DNA from: a bacterium
GTDB lineage: Bacteria; Patescibacteriota; UBA1384; VFKW01
Direction of reading: 5' to 3'
NCBI GenBank assembly: GCA_030647355.1
Contig: JAUSIS010000006.1
Coordinates: forward strand, 90,221-154,220
Length of the DNA stretch: 64,000 bases
Both the position numbers and the translations under genes were made by a program. Below the pieces are notes generated by a model that saw nothing but the letters and a program-made list of their open reading frames with translations, searched no databases and had not been told where the DNA came from. This document shows positions 9,904 to 19,335 of this stretch, piece by piece. The first letter of the stretch is position 1, and every line of letters begins with the position of its first letter.

Positions 9904-10809
9904 TTAAGTGGCTTTAGCGGCATCGGTTTTTCGATCAATAGCATTTTGCCAAATTACTAGTAGCGGTGTGGCGTTGAATATTGATGAATATGTCCCAATT
10001 ATAATACCAAGTAACAAAGTTAGGACGAATGGTTTAATTGTTTCGCCTCCCAAAAGGAACATGGCAAGCAATACTATTATAACGGTCAAGGACGTGTTGA
10101 GCGATCTGGCCAGAGTCTGGGTGATGCTGTTATTGGCTGTATGTGAAAAGGGATTGGAGGGGGATAGGCGAAGATTCTCTCGAATACGATCAAATACTAC
10201 GATAGTGTCATGTACCGAGAAGCCGATGATTGTCAAGAGAGCGGTTACGAATAGGCTATTTACTTCATATCCAAAGTAGTGACCAAGTATCGCATAGGTG
10301 CCTAGAACAAAAAGTGAATCGTGGATGAGAGCGGCAACTGCACATAGTCCAAAGCGCCAGGAGTTTGCTGGTTTGGGTACTTTTCGAAAAGCGATAGCCA
10401 GGTAGATAATAATACCGAGTGATGCCAATATGATGGATCCGAAAGCTTTTTTAGCTAAGTCTGAACTTATACTTGGTCCGATTGATTCGAAATTTAACAC
10501 TTGATTCTCCCCTACTTTTTTTAGAGAGCTAGAGATTTGTTCATCTAATTTATCATTTGTCGAAGCAGTTCGGATTATGTACTGATTATTCTTTGCGGGT
10601 TGGATATTTATATCTTCTAATTTCAGATTTTTGAGGGAATTTTCGACTTGGGACTTCCCTACTGTTTTATTAAATTTTACTGCCGTGACTGTTCCGCCCT
10701 TGAAATCAATTCCCAAATTTAATCCCCATACGAAAATTGCGATAATACCTGGTATTATCAGTAGAGCTGAAATCGTGAACCATAATTTGTTATATTTTGT
10801 AAATTCCAT
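9904..10809 (-). CDS. secF: Protein translocase subunit SecF
   Basis: LGIDFKGG, GFSVHDTIVVFDRIREN, RSLNTS, GTYSSIF. Confidence 0.97.
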   Translation of the reverse strand: MEFTKYNKLWFTISALLIIPGIIAIFVWGLNLGIDFKGGTVTAVKFNKTVGKSQVENSLKNLKLEDINIQPAKNNQYIIRTASTNDKLDEQISSSLKKVGENQVLNFESIGPSISSDLAKKAFGSIILASLGIIIYLAIAFRKVPKPANSWRFGLCAVAALIHDSLFVLGTYAILGHYFGYEVNSLFVTALLTIIGFSVHDTIVVFDRIRENLRLSPSNPFSHTANNSITQTLARSLNTSLTVIIVLLAMFLLGGETIKPFVLTLLLGIIIGTYSSIFNATPLLVIWQNAIDRKTDAAKAT

Positions 10810-10835
10810 CTTTCTCCTCTATATGTCGCACAATA

Positions 10836-12128
10836 TTACATTCGGCTAAGTAGTTTTTCATATCTAGTGTTGGTAAATAGGCGTAGGAAAGTTCGTGTGA
10901 CGGTGATTGCGGTAAAGAGCGACACGACTATACCAATAGCTAATGTTAGAGCAAATCCTCGGACAAATCCGGTTGTTAAGATATATAGAATAAAACAAGT
11001 AATTAATGATGAGGCATTGGAATCACGAACGCTGTTCCAGGCGCGATTGAACCCTTCTTCTAGGGATTTATTAATGGGTTTGCCGGAGTGTATTTCTTCT
11101 TTCATTCTTTCAAATATGAGAATGTTCGCATCAACTGCCATACCGATTGAGAGAATAAAGCCGGCTATTCCAGCTAGTGTCAGGGTGACTGGAATATATT
11201 TGAAAATAGCTAAGGCAAATAATGAATAGAAAGTGAGGGCGATGACAGCAAGGAGGCCGGGAAATTTGTAGAAGGAGATCATGAAAATGGCAATAAGAAG
11301 TAAGCCGATAGCGCCGGCTATCAGGCTCTTTTTGACAGATTCGCTGCCTAATGTTGGACCAATAGTATTTTGACCGATTAGCTTGGCGGGAACTGGCAGG
11401 ATACCTTCGTTAAGCCGGTTGGAAAGCTTTTGGGCTTCGTCTTGGCTATCTAACCCTGTTATTTGGGCGTCACCGCTGGTAATTTCGCTTTGAACTGTGG
11501 GAGCGCTGACAATTTTGCCATCCAAGACTATCGCAACTCGCTTGTTGAGATTTTTCTTAGTGATTTCGGAAAATAAGGTAGTGCCCTCGCGGTTGAAGCG
11601 CATGCTTACAATAGGATCTGCACTGAGAGATTGTTGGTCAATATTTACCATGGCACTTTTCAACTGCCTACCAGTTAGCTTGGTGGGTGTCCAAGTACCG
11701 GGATATGGTTGACTTGTATAGTAATCGTTGAGAACGGTTCCATTTGGAGCTTCTTCCATAAATAAGAGTTCATAAGTAGCGCCGATTTTGTTTTTCGCGT
11801 CTTCAATGTTTTTAATTCCCGGCAGTTCGATAATAATTTTATCTTTTCCACTGGTTTGGATGTTTGATTCGGCAACGCCGAGCCCATTAACGCGTTGTTC
11901 AAATACATTTCTAAGGTTTGCCATATCTTTTGAATTGTTCCGGGAGCTTTTAAGATCTGCTTTATAGGTTAGTTGGGTGCCGCCCTTTAAATCGAGACCT
12001 TCATGAATTTTGAATTCTTTATGAAAAGTGCCTAATTTCCAATTGGGAGCTTGCGGTAAGTCTATTAATATGGCAATCGTAGCTAGGGCGATGATTATTG
12101 CAAAAGTAATCCAGATTCTTCTTCGCAT
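10836..12128 (-). CDS. secD: Protein translocase subunit SecD
   Basis: GLDLKGG, RVNGLGVAE, IGPTLG, GMAVDANILIFER. Confidence 0.97.
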   Translation of the reverse strand: MRRRIWITFAIIIALATIAILIDLPQAPNWKLGTFHKEFKIHEGLDLKGGTQLTYKADLKSSRNNSKDMANLRNVFEQRVNGLGVAESNIQTSGKDKIIIELPGIKNIEDAKNKIGATYELLFMEEAPNGTVLNDYYTSQPYPGTWTPTKLTGRQLKSAMVNIDQQSLSADPIVSMRFNREGTTLFSEITKKNLNKRVAIVLDGKIVSAPTVQSEITSGDAQITGLDSQDEAQKLSNRLNEGILPVPAKLIGQNTIGPTLGSESVKKSLIAGAIGLLLIAIFMISFYKFPGLLAVIALTFYSLFALAIFKYIPVTLTLAGIAGFILSIGMAVDANILIFERMKEEIHSGKPINKSLEEGFNRAWNSVRDSNASSLITCFILYILTTGFVRGFALTLAIGIVVSLFTAITVTRTFLRLFTNTRYEKLLSRM

Positions 12129-12152
12129 ATTTCTCCTATATATCCAATTAAT

Positions 12153-13229
12153 TTATAGGTAGAGGTGTTTTCCCTCTTCTTTAAGTTTGTCAATCAGTTT
12201 TTTGATGTCGTGCGCATGCTCTTTTTTACAGATTAATATTACGTCATCGGTGTCCACAACAATAACATCGTCGAGTCCGACAGTGGCGATTAATTTATCT
12301 TTGGCATAGATGAGGCAATTTTTATTATCTATACCGATGTGATTTCCTTTTGTAATTATATTACTTCCTGTATTGGTTGCAAGTATATCGTGTAGCGATG
12401 CCCAACTGCCAATATCGCTCCAACCTAAATCAGCAGGAATAACGAGTACTTTTTTAACTTTTTCCATAATAACTGTATCAAAGGGTTTAGCTGGCATTTT
12501 ATCATATTCTTTGGCGATTATTTGTTTGAGGTTACCTTTTTTGAGAGCCAGTTGGATGTTATTGATTGGATCTCTGAATTCGGGCGCGTATTTATCAAAC
12601 AAATCGAGCAAAGTATCGGCTTGCCAAATAAAATAACTGGCGTTCCATAGATATTCCCAGGAAGAAACATATTTTTTTGCTGTTGGGAGATCGGGTTTTT
12701 CGACAAATTTCTCCACAGAAAAAATTTTAGTACCATCAATTGTTTTTTTGAGATTGTGCATCTTTATATAGCCCAGGCCGGTATCGGGAGATGTCGGGTT
12801 GAGTCCGATAGTGACTATATGATCCGGGTAGTACTCGATTGCTTTTTCGGCGGTTATTATCGCTTTTTTGAATTCTTCGATTTTGGCTATAGAGTGATCC
12901 GAGGCAAAAGTACCGACGATTGATTTAGGATCCTTGGCGGCAAAAAAAGCTGCGATATATGCCAAGGAGGGGCCGGTATTTCTAGCTATTGGCTCGATTA
13001 TGTAATTTTCTTCAGGTAGTTCGGGTAGATGTCTTCGAGTTTCGGTGAGATATTTTTCGGCGGTGGAGATATAAATGTTTTCAACCGGAAGAAAGCTTTT
13101 TAAGCGTTCGAACGTTTCCTGTATAAGCGATTTATCGCTCATTAGTTGATGGAGTTGTTTAGGAAAATTGGTTCGGCTCATTGGCCATAACCGGGTACCG
13201 GATCCTCCTGCCATGATGACTGCATGCAT
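12153..13229 (-). CDS. manC: Mannose-1-phosphate guanylyltransferase (no PMI domain)
   Basis: AGGSGTRLWPMSR..PKQ, EPIARNT, FVEKP, WSDIGSW. Confidence 0.92.
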   Translation of the reverse strand: MHAVIMAGGSGTRLWPMSRTNFPKQLHQLMSDKSLIQETFERLKSFLPVENIYISTAEKYLTETRRHLPELPEENYIIEPIARNTGPSLAYIAAFFAAKDPKSIVGTFASDHSIAKIEEFKKAIITAEKAIEYYPDHIVTIGLNPTSPDTGLGYIKMHNLKKTIDGTKIFSVEKFVEKPDLPTAKKYVSSWEYLWNASYFIWQADTLLDLFDKYAPEFRDPINNIQLALKKGNLKQIIAKEYDKMPAKPFDTVIMEKVKKVLVIPADLGWSDIGSWASLHDILATNTGSNIITKGNHIGIDNKNCLIYAKDKLIATVGLDDVIVVDTDDVILICKKEHAHDIKKLIDKLKEEGKHLYL

Positions 13230-13267
13230 TTAAACCTCCAGTTGTAAACTAAATATTATTATACCCG

Positions 13268-13852
13268 TTAAAGTGTTTGTTTAGCAAGGATTTCTTTTAT
13301 TATTTTTTCTATCTCGAGGGCTACGATATGAGGCGATTGACCGTTTATGGTTATAATCTGGTAGTTAAATAAGTGAGCGGATTTCATCTCGGTCCTAGCG
13401 GTTTGGATGCGCCGATTGATTTCTTCTTGGCTCATATCGGGGTGTGTATGCTTGAGTCGAACCAGCATATCTGTCATACTATGGTATTTTAGGAAGAAAG
13501 AAATTATATTGGGAAATTGTTTTTTATACGGGATGAGTCCTTGGACGTCTATTTCAATAATGACATTTTTTCCGTTATGTAAAGCTTTCTTTAGATCTAA
13601 CTTCTTTTTACCATATAATTGACCATGGATTTCAGCCCAATCAGCTAACTCTCGCTTGTTGATAAGTTGATTAAATTTAGCGCGGGAGATGGTTATTCTA
13701 TTTTTGTGCTCATAATCGTCATGTCTTTGCGGGCGTGTGGTGTAGGATAGAACTTCAACTAACCCGGAGTGTTTTGTTACCAGCTCTTTTATAACAGAGT
13801 TTTTTCCTACCCCGCTTGGACCGGCAATTATAAAAATATGACCTTGTTTCAT
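13268..13852 (-). CDS. gmk: Guanylate kinase
   Basis: GPSGVGK, SYTTRPQR, HGQLYG, EIDVQG. Confidence 0.92.
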   Translation of the reverse strand: MKQGHIFIIAGPSGVGKNSVIKELVTKHSGLVEVLSYTTRPQRHDDYEHKNRITISRAKFNQLINKRELADWAEIHGQLYGKKKLDLKKALHNGKNVIIEIDVQGLIPYKKQFPNIISFFLKYHSMTDMLVRLKHTHPDMSQEEINRRIQTARTEMKSAHLFNYQIITINGQSPHIVALEIEKIIKEILAKQTL

Positions 13853-13892
13853 GGCTTAATTATAACATGGATTACTCTATTTTGACAGAGTG

Positions 13893-14447
13893 TCAGGTGG
13901 TTTTACGGACGATATATTTATTGACGATTTTTATTGCCAATAGGCCGTAAATAATACCGAGAATAATTCCGGCGAGGACATCACTCGGAAAATGCATACC
14001 GTTGTGCATTCTGGCGAAGGCCATTATTAGGGCGATGATGATGGCAAGTGGGATAGCTTTTCGGTAGTAGTATGTAAGTGCGGTTAAGGCGGCTAGAGTG
14101 CTTGACATATGGCTGGATGGAAAGGAAGAGTCAAGATAATGTTTACCAAGTGGAATAATGGAACTTTCAGGTGTTAACCATGGCCTAGTACGGAAGAAAC
14201 TGTCTGATATGGCAGGCAGTAGATGTTTGAATATTCCTTCACTAATTGCAAAATGAATAATTATGGCAAATAGTACAGTTAGAAAAACGTATTCCCCTTT
14301 TTTTTTATCCAAGAGCATGGCGAGGATGCAACAAAACAGCCACAGCGCTATAACAAACCAAGTTTTACTGATAAATACTGTTAGCGAATCAATAAATGTG
14401 CCATGACCTAATTGATTGATATTTTGGACAATTTCTAGTTCAATCAT
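13893..14447 (-). CDS. PAP2-family phosphatase (undecaprenyl-PP phosphatase-like)
   Basis: K..RTRP, SFPSSH, R..GMHFPSDV motifs with TM helices. Confidence 0.9.
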   Translation of the reverse strand: MIELEIVQNINQLGHGTFIDSLTVFISKTWFVIALWLFCCILAMLLDKKKGEYVFLTVLFAIIIHFAISEGIFKHLLPAISDSFFRTRPWLTPESSIIPLGKHYLDSSFPSSHMSSTLAALTALTYYYRKAIPLAIIIALIMAFARMHNGMHFPSDVLAGIILGIIYGLLAIKIVNKYIVRKTT

Positions 14448-14469
14448 TCGTGCTCTTATGGTTAGTTTA

Positions 14470-14958
14470 CTATTGGATGCCTGTTGGTGGTTGAGTTATA
14501 CCGGAAACTGGGTTAGCGAGAGGAGGGGCGGGCTTGTGATTTTCGATTTTTATTATATTAGGAAGTTTCAGTTCGGCAAAAGCTATCAATCCGATTAATT
14601 CTATTGAAAAGATAACCAGAAGAATGATGTTAGATGTAGTATTGTCTTGAGTTCCGGAACTCATGGCGATGTAGTTGATGATAGAGATTAAGGTTAGGGT
14701 GAAAATGCCACTGATTATGAGCGGCATACCGATTATGTCATATCTTTTATTGAGATATGCGCCAATTATCACTATGAGAGTGGAAATAATAATTATCGAT
14801 AAAAAGGCGGAGAGAGGACCGGCGAGATTCAGATTATAAATGTAAAAATCGCTGGATCCGTGTCTTTCATCTAGGGATAAAAATACTCGGCTCATGCTTA
14901 ATATGAAAGCAATAACTCCGATACTGATAGCTATTTGGATGAGTCTTTTTGTGAACAT
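14470..14958 (-). CDS. Hypothetical 4-TM membrane protein
   Basis: Hydrophobic helices; start abuts the upstream stop. Confidence 0.7.
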   Translation of the reverse strand: MFTKRLIQIAISIGVIAFILSMSRVFLSLDERHGSSDFYIYNLNLAGPLSAFLSIIIISTLIVIIGAYLNKRYDIIGMPLIISGIFTLTLISIINYIAMSSGTQDNTTSNIILLVIFSIELIGLIAFAELKLPNIIKIENHKPAPPLANPVSGITQPPTGIQ

Positions 14959-15324
14959 TTAAACCTCCTTTGGGTGCTGTTCGCTTAGATGACCGAATTT
15001 AATTACGGCTACAATGATAAGCACTAGGACGACGAAGCCGAATATTGCCGGCTTTGCCGTAGCCGATCCGCCATCCCATGATTGGAAGAAGATGAAAAGG
15101 TAGCGGGTAAATCCGGCAGCTAGCAAGGTATAACCGACGACGGTATTTTTAACAACTAAACTGACTATGATTAGCATGGTATCGAGAATTAATTCAGCAA
15201 ACTTCCGTGTCAGACTGTCGTCGGGAAAGAAGGCATTGATTATTTGTTGCAAGACTATGATTGTTAAAATATAGATAGCAATTGATATCAGGGTTCGGGT
15301 GGCGGTGCTATTTGATTTGTCCAT
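14959..15324 (-). CDS. Hypothetical 4-TM membrane protein
   Basis: Hydrophobic helices; AGGAG RBS. Confidence 0.7.
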   Translation of the reverse strand: MDKSNSTATRTLISIAIYILTIIVLQQIINAFFPDDSLTRKFAELILDTMLIIVSLVVKNTVVGYTLLAAGFTRYLFIFFQSWDGGSATAKPAIFGFVVLVLIIVAVIKFGHLSEQHPKEV

Positions 15325-15343
15325 TTCTACTCCTTTTTAATAT

Positions 15344-16009
15344 CTATTTAACTTCGAAGGTTAGCTCATTACCCCTATAGGTTACTAAATAGGTACCTTC
15401 TTTTTGACCGATTATTTTAAAAGATAAGACTCCTTCGATCGCTTCATTGGCTTGAAGGGTCGAATAGCTGTTGTTAAGTATGCTAGATAGATCCCGTTTT
15501 CCACCGATTTCGGCATAATCAATTTCGGCGATTGATCTTGTTGGCGTGTATAGTTTGAATTTTCCTTGGTCAAAGAGCTCTTCTGAACGGCTTAATTTAT
15601 TGTTGTATTCGTCTTTGTCCTTGTAATATGCTAAGCATACTTCTGGAATTACCGGAGGCGGAGTGGTGGTTTGAGAATTAACGTTGATGTTAATATTATT
15701 GTTATATTGCTGATAATCGTTGTCATAGTTATAGCAAGTTCTGGGTTCTATGGGAGGTGTTGGTGGTTTGGCAAGATAGGCCATGGTATTTCTGGTATTT
15801 TGTACCTCGGCTTTGATTATCATACTCTCGTAGTTTGAGTCACTTGGTCTAAATAACGCTTCATGAAGGGTGATTTTGATTCCTTCAGAGGTTGTCATAG
15901 TCTTATCGATGGTGGTTTTTTGTCCTTTTTGGTAAAAAAATAAGCCAATAAGTATGGCTATGCTGACTATAATAATTCCACTAATAACTAAAAGTTCTTT
16001 ATTTTTCAC
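15344..16009 (-). CDS. Membrane-anchored extracellular protein (possible DUF4352-like beta fold with insert)
   Basis: N-terminal TM; LQANEAIEGVLSF; Pro/Asn-rich insert between two Cys; GGAGG RBS. Confidence 0.6.
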   Translation of the reverse strand: MKNKELLVISGIIIVSIAILIGLFFYQKGQKTTIDKTMTTSEGIKITLHEALFRPSDSNYESMIIKAEVQNTRNTMAYLAKPPTPPIEPRTCYNYDNDYQQYNNNININVNSQTTTPPPVIPEVCLAYYKDKDEYNNKLSRSEELFDQGKFKLYTPTRSIAEIDYAEIGGKRDLSSILNNSYSTLQANEAIEGVLSFKIIGQKEGTYLVTYRGNELTFEVK

Positions 16010-16033
16010 GGATTCCTCCTTAGCTCAATTGTA

Positions 16034-16795
16034 TTAATATTTAATAAGCTTGTCAATGATATTTTGCAGTTCTGGTGGTAAGGGAGATTCTAGATTTAGT
16101 GTTTTACTGGTGTAGGGATGTTTGAATGTTAATTTTGTGGCGTGAAGAAACTGGCGACTGATACCTAATTCTTTAGATATACGGTGAGAAGGTTTAAAAG
16201 AATATAACTGGTCGCCTATTATTGGGTAACCTAAATGCTTCAGGTGGATACGTATTTGGTGCATACGGCCGGTTTTTGGTTTGGCTAGGACCAAAGTGAG
16301 TAGTTGTTTTTTATAGGAAAAATGTTTGATGGTCTCATAATCGGTTTGGGCAGAACGAATTTTGCCTTTGGCGATTTTTTCGAGAGTGTCTTCATTTATA
16401 TCTTCAGGTACGGCGGTCTGTTTGTCTTTGGATGCATGACGGGCAATTTCGGCGGTGATAGTCCCCTGCTCTGGTTTTATATCTCCATACACTAAAGCAA
16501 TATATTCTTTTCTAACTAAATGGTTCTGAAATTGACTCTGAAGTTCTACTAGAATTTCTGGTGTTTTGGCAATTACTAATAGACCAGATGTGTCCTTATC
16601 TAGGCGATGAACTATTCCCGGGCGAACCATATCCGGCCATTTTAGGGTTGCTATGTTGGGGATGTGGCGAAAGATAAAATCCACGACGCTCAAGTCGTGT
16701 CTTCCGGGCGGATTATGAACGACCAGACCGGCTGGCTTATCAACTACCATCAGGCAATTATCTTCGTAAATTATTTTGATTTCGTCTAATTCCAT
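16034..16795 (-). CDS. RluA/RluD-family pseudouridine synthase (no S4 domain)
   Basis: KPAGLVVH, HRLDKDTSG, TGRMHQIRIH, GDQLY. Confidence 0.95.
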   Translation of the reverse strand: MELDEIKIIYEDNCLMVVDKPAGLVVHNPPGRHDLSVVDFIFRHIPNIATLKWPDMVRPGIVHRLDKDTSGLLVIAKTPEILVELQSQFQNHLVRKEYIALVYGDIKPEQGTITAEIARHASKDKQTAVPEDINEDTLEKIAKGKIRSAQTDYETIKHFSYKKQLLTLVLAKPKTGRMHQIRIHLKHLGYPIIGDQLYSFKPSHRISKELGISRQFLHATKLTFKHPYTSKTLNLESPLPPELQNIIDKLIKY

Positions 16796-16896
16796 ACTTC
16801 TTTTAGTTTATCATTAAATAATCTTTCTGTAATTAGCTTCAATGTGTTTGTGATAATGGATATTTTCAAATTATTTTATGAGAGTATGATTTAAGT

Positions 16897-17331
16897 ATGA
16901 AAATCACAAGTCCGGTTTTTGCGAATCAAGAAAATATTCCCTCGAAATATACTTGCGATGGGGAGAATATAAATCCGCCACTAAAGATTGAGGATGTTCC
17001 TAATGTGACGGTGAGTTTGGTGTTGATTATGGATGATCCCGATACACCTAATGGTACATTTGTCCATTGGGTTTTATATAATATTGATCCGCAAGCACGA
17101 GAGATTGTAGAGGATAGTGTTACGGGGGGAGCGATGCTGGGAATAACCAGTACCAAGCAAAAGGGTTATATGGGACCTTGTCCTCCATTTGGTGTACATA
17201 GGTATTTTTTCAAGCTCTATGCGCTAGATTCTTTGCTAAGTGTAGATCATCCAACCGCAGATGATCTTAATTTGGAAATGGACACACATATAATAGATGG
17301 GGCGACGCTGATTGGGTTGTACGCGAGGTAA
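16897..17331 (+). CDS. YbhB/YbcL PEBP-family protein
   Basis: YTCDGENINPPL, DDPD..FVHW, GPCPP..HRYFF. Confidence 0.95.
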   Translation: MKITSPVFANQENIPSKYTCDGENINPPLKIEDVPNVTVSLVLIMDDPDTPNGTFVHWVLYNIDPQAREIVEDSVTGGAMLGITSTKQKGYMGPCPPFGVHRYFFKLYALDSLLSVDHPTADDLNLEMDTHIIDGATLIGLYAR

Positions 17332-17348
17332 TTTTAGGTTTTATGAAT

Positions 17349-17378
17349 AAAAAGAGGCCGGGCGAACCCGGCCTTTTT
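17349..17378. terminator. Bidirectional terminator
   Basis: AAAAAGAGGCCGGG-CGAA-CCCGGCCTTTTT between convergent genes. Confidence 0.85.
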
Positions 17379-17381
17379 GAG

Positions 17382-17531
17382 TTACTTCGTTCGGACGAAT
17401 ATCGTCCCGACTTCTGTCGGAACTGGCTGAACGGTCATTTTCTTGGGTCTTGTCTGGATGACGGGAAGGACGAGTGTCAAGAGGAAAACAATGACCGTGA
17501 CGATAGCGCGATTGACTATTTTTTTTGCCAT
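17382..17531 (-). CDS. 49-aa single-TM small protein (not in ORF track)
   Basis: MAKKIVNRAIVTVIVFLLTLVLPVIQTRPKK...; overlaps the upstream stop, AAGGG RBS, stop just before the terminator. Confidence 0.6.
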   Translation of the reverse strand: MAKKIVNRAIVTVIVFLLTLVLPVIQTRPKKMTVQPVPTEVGTIFVRTK

Positions 17532-18397
17532 TTGTATTTCCCTTTTGCGTCCGGTCGAATCTTCTGGATAGTTAGCATGACCTCTTCGCTTTTATCCAGG
17601 GAGACTTTGCGGATAGCTTCCCCATTTGTTCCGACTATCAGTTTTTCTGTGATGGTCATCACAAGAACTTTCTGGGAAGCCGGAAACATGATGGATTGGC
17701 CGTCGTCTTTGACCCCGACCTTTAACGAACGTGTTGTTGTTGAGGCCCTGGCTGTTTGAACACTGCCGCCAATCTCGACGACCTCAATTCCGACTTTGGC
17801 ACTGCTTTCCTGGGCGATGGAGACGCTGTCGGCGAGTTGGAATAGGGCTTCTGCGGAGTCGCCCTTGGCAAACATGTTGATCATCCTACTTACCGTGCCG
17901 ACCGGCTTGATCACTTCAGTTTGCTTTTTGGTGACTTTTGGCACGATCTTGAGGTAGTAGTTCCCGGTTCCTGTTGGGTGCCCTTTCTCATACATAGAGA
18001 TATGGATGTGATTGAGACCGATTCGAGAGTTGGTTGTGAACCGATTTTCCACACCAGTCTCACCAGTCAGCGAAGAATACCATTTCAGTGAATAATGGTG
18101 AGACTGGGAAATCACTGTGCCGGTGATTGGCATGAACACCTGAAACGAACGACTTCCAGTCCAGCGGTCCCATGTTCCCTGCCCCGAGACACCATATCCG
18201 GTGCCATTAGAGTTGTAGCGAGAGATGACGCCGATGCATTTGATGAGCAAATGCTGGGAGTTAACCAGTCGTATAGCATCCTCAAAAGTGAGCTTGTATA
18301 CGCTGGGTATTAGATCGACCTTGCGGTCGGCGGCGAATGCCGCGATGTTAAGTTGCGTGGAAACCAGTACTACCAGAATCCAAAATGACTTTCTCAA
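17516..18397 (-). CDS. Secreted hypothetical protein downstream of c-di-GMP-I riboswitch
   Basis: Signal peptide MRK-hydrophobic-AFA; TTG start with GGAGG RBS. Confidence 0.75.
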   Translation of the reverse strand: MRKSFWILVVLVSTQLNIAAFAADRKVDLIPSVYKLTFEDAIRLVNSQHLLIKCIGVISRYNSNGTGYGVSGQGTWDRWTGSRSFQVFMPITGTVISQSHHYSLKWYSSLTGETGVENRFTTNSRIGLNHIHISMYEKGHPTGTGNYYLKIVPKVTKKQTEVIKPVGTVSRMINMFAKGDSAEALFQLADSVSIAQESSAKVGIEVVEIGGSVQTARASTTTRSLKVGVKDDGQSIMFPASQKVLVMTITEKLIVGTNGEAIRKVSLDKSEEVMLTIQKIRPDAKGKYKWQKK

Positions 18398-18497
18398 AAC
18401 GAGATCCTCCTAGAGAGATATTTGTCAACAAATCTAGGAATTATGCCGATATCAAAAAAACTTCTTCCGAAGCTTCTTTGTGAGTACGTATTGAAGT

Positions 18498-18655
18498 TCG
18501 GCAACCCGGCGACCATTCCAGCTCTTTCAATGAAAGGGCTGGATTAGGCCCGTGGTTTTGCCCCGATGTCGGATTTTGTCCGGATCGGAGTCCCTTATCC
18601 TTCCGAAGAAGGGTGATGGGACGTCATCGCCTTTCGACGACTTTGCCTTTATCGA
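18498..18655 (-). ncRNA. c-di-GMP-I (GEMM-I) riboswitch variant with inserted hairpins, copy 1
   Basis: GGCAAA-stem-GAAA-stem-GAC[insert]GCAAA..CCTAA..GGGTTGCC; promoter TTGACA-17-TAAAAT upstream; hairpin + U-tract downstream. Confidence 0.85.
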
Positions 18656-18801
18656 CTTGTTAACAGGATTATTTTAGCACTTTTGCGCCTGTTTGTCAAG
18701 AGTAAGTGTGGTAATAAAATTGCTGATTTATGGTTGATTTTTTTGTATATATATGTTAACATAGCTGATGGCTTCGAAATATGTGAGGGAGGTACAAGAA
18801 A

Positions 18802-19269
18802 ATTCGAAAAGTAGTTACTTTGCTCGTTTGTCTGTTTTTTCTTTGTAGCAACGGTTGGGGCAATCAAGTTTTGGCAGCCAAGATGTCTGCCAGTCAGAAG
18901 GCAAAGGCAGAGGATGCTCAAATACGAGCAAAGCTGGCAAAGGCCGGCTGGCGAGTTGACCGGGTGATTCCGGTCACGATGACTGGTTATTCGTCAGAAA
19001 CTCCAGGTATGTCTGATAAGGGTACTTGCGAGACTAAGCTTGGCAAAGGTTCGGTGTCAGTTGACCCAAAGGTTATCAAGCTCTGGTCTCACCTTTACGT
19101 ATCCGGAGGTTACGGATATGGGCAGGCGTTGGATACTGGTCTTGCGATTCAGGGTGCGAAGATTGATTTGTGGTTCAAAACAGAAGAAGAGGCAATTCAA
19201 TTCGGACGCCGGTCCGGCAATGTCTATCTAATATCACGCGTTAGCCGCAAACGCAGCAACCATCATTAA
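18802..19269 (+). CDS. 3D-domain peptidoglycan lytic protein, secreted
   Basis: TGYS, SVDPKVIKL, ALDTG.AIQG.KIDLW; probable ATT start at 18802 (ORF track TTG at 18820). Confidence 0.85.
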   Translation: MRKVVTLLVCLFFLCSNGWGNQVLAAKMSASQKAKAEDAQIRAKLAKAGWRVDRVIPVTMTGYSSETPGMSDKGTCETKLGKGSVSVDPKVIKLWSHLYVSGGYGYGQALDTGLAIQGAKIDLWFKTEEEAIQFGRRSGNVYLISRVSRKRSNHH

Positions 19270-19335
19270 ACCCCCGTACTAGGGGGTCTTTTTTTATAAT
19301 ATTGACAACGTCTAGTGGGAAGACTAGCATTGAAT

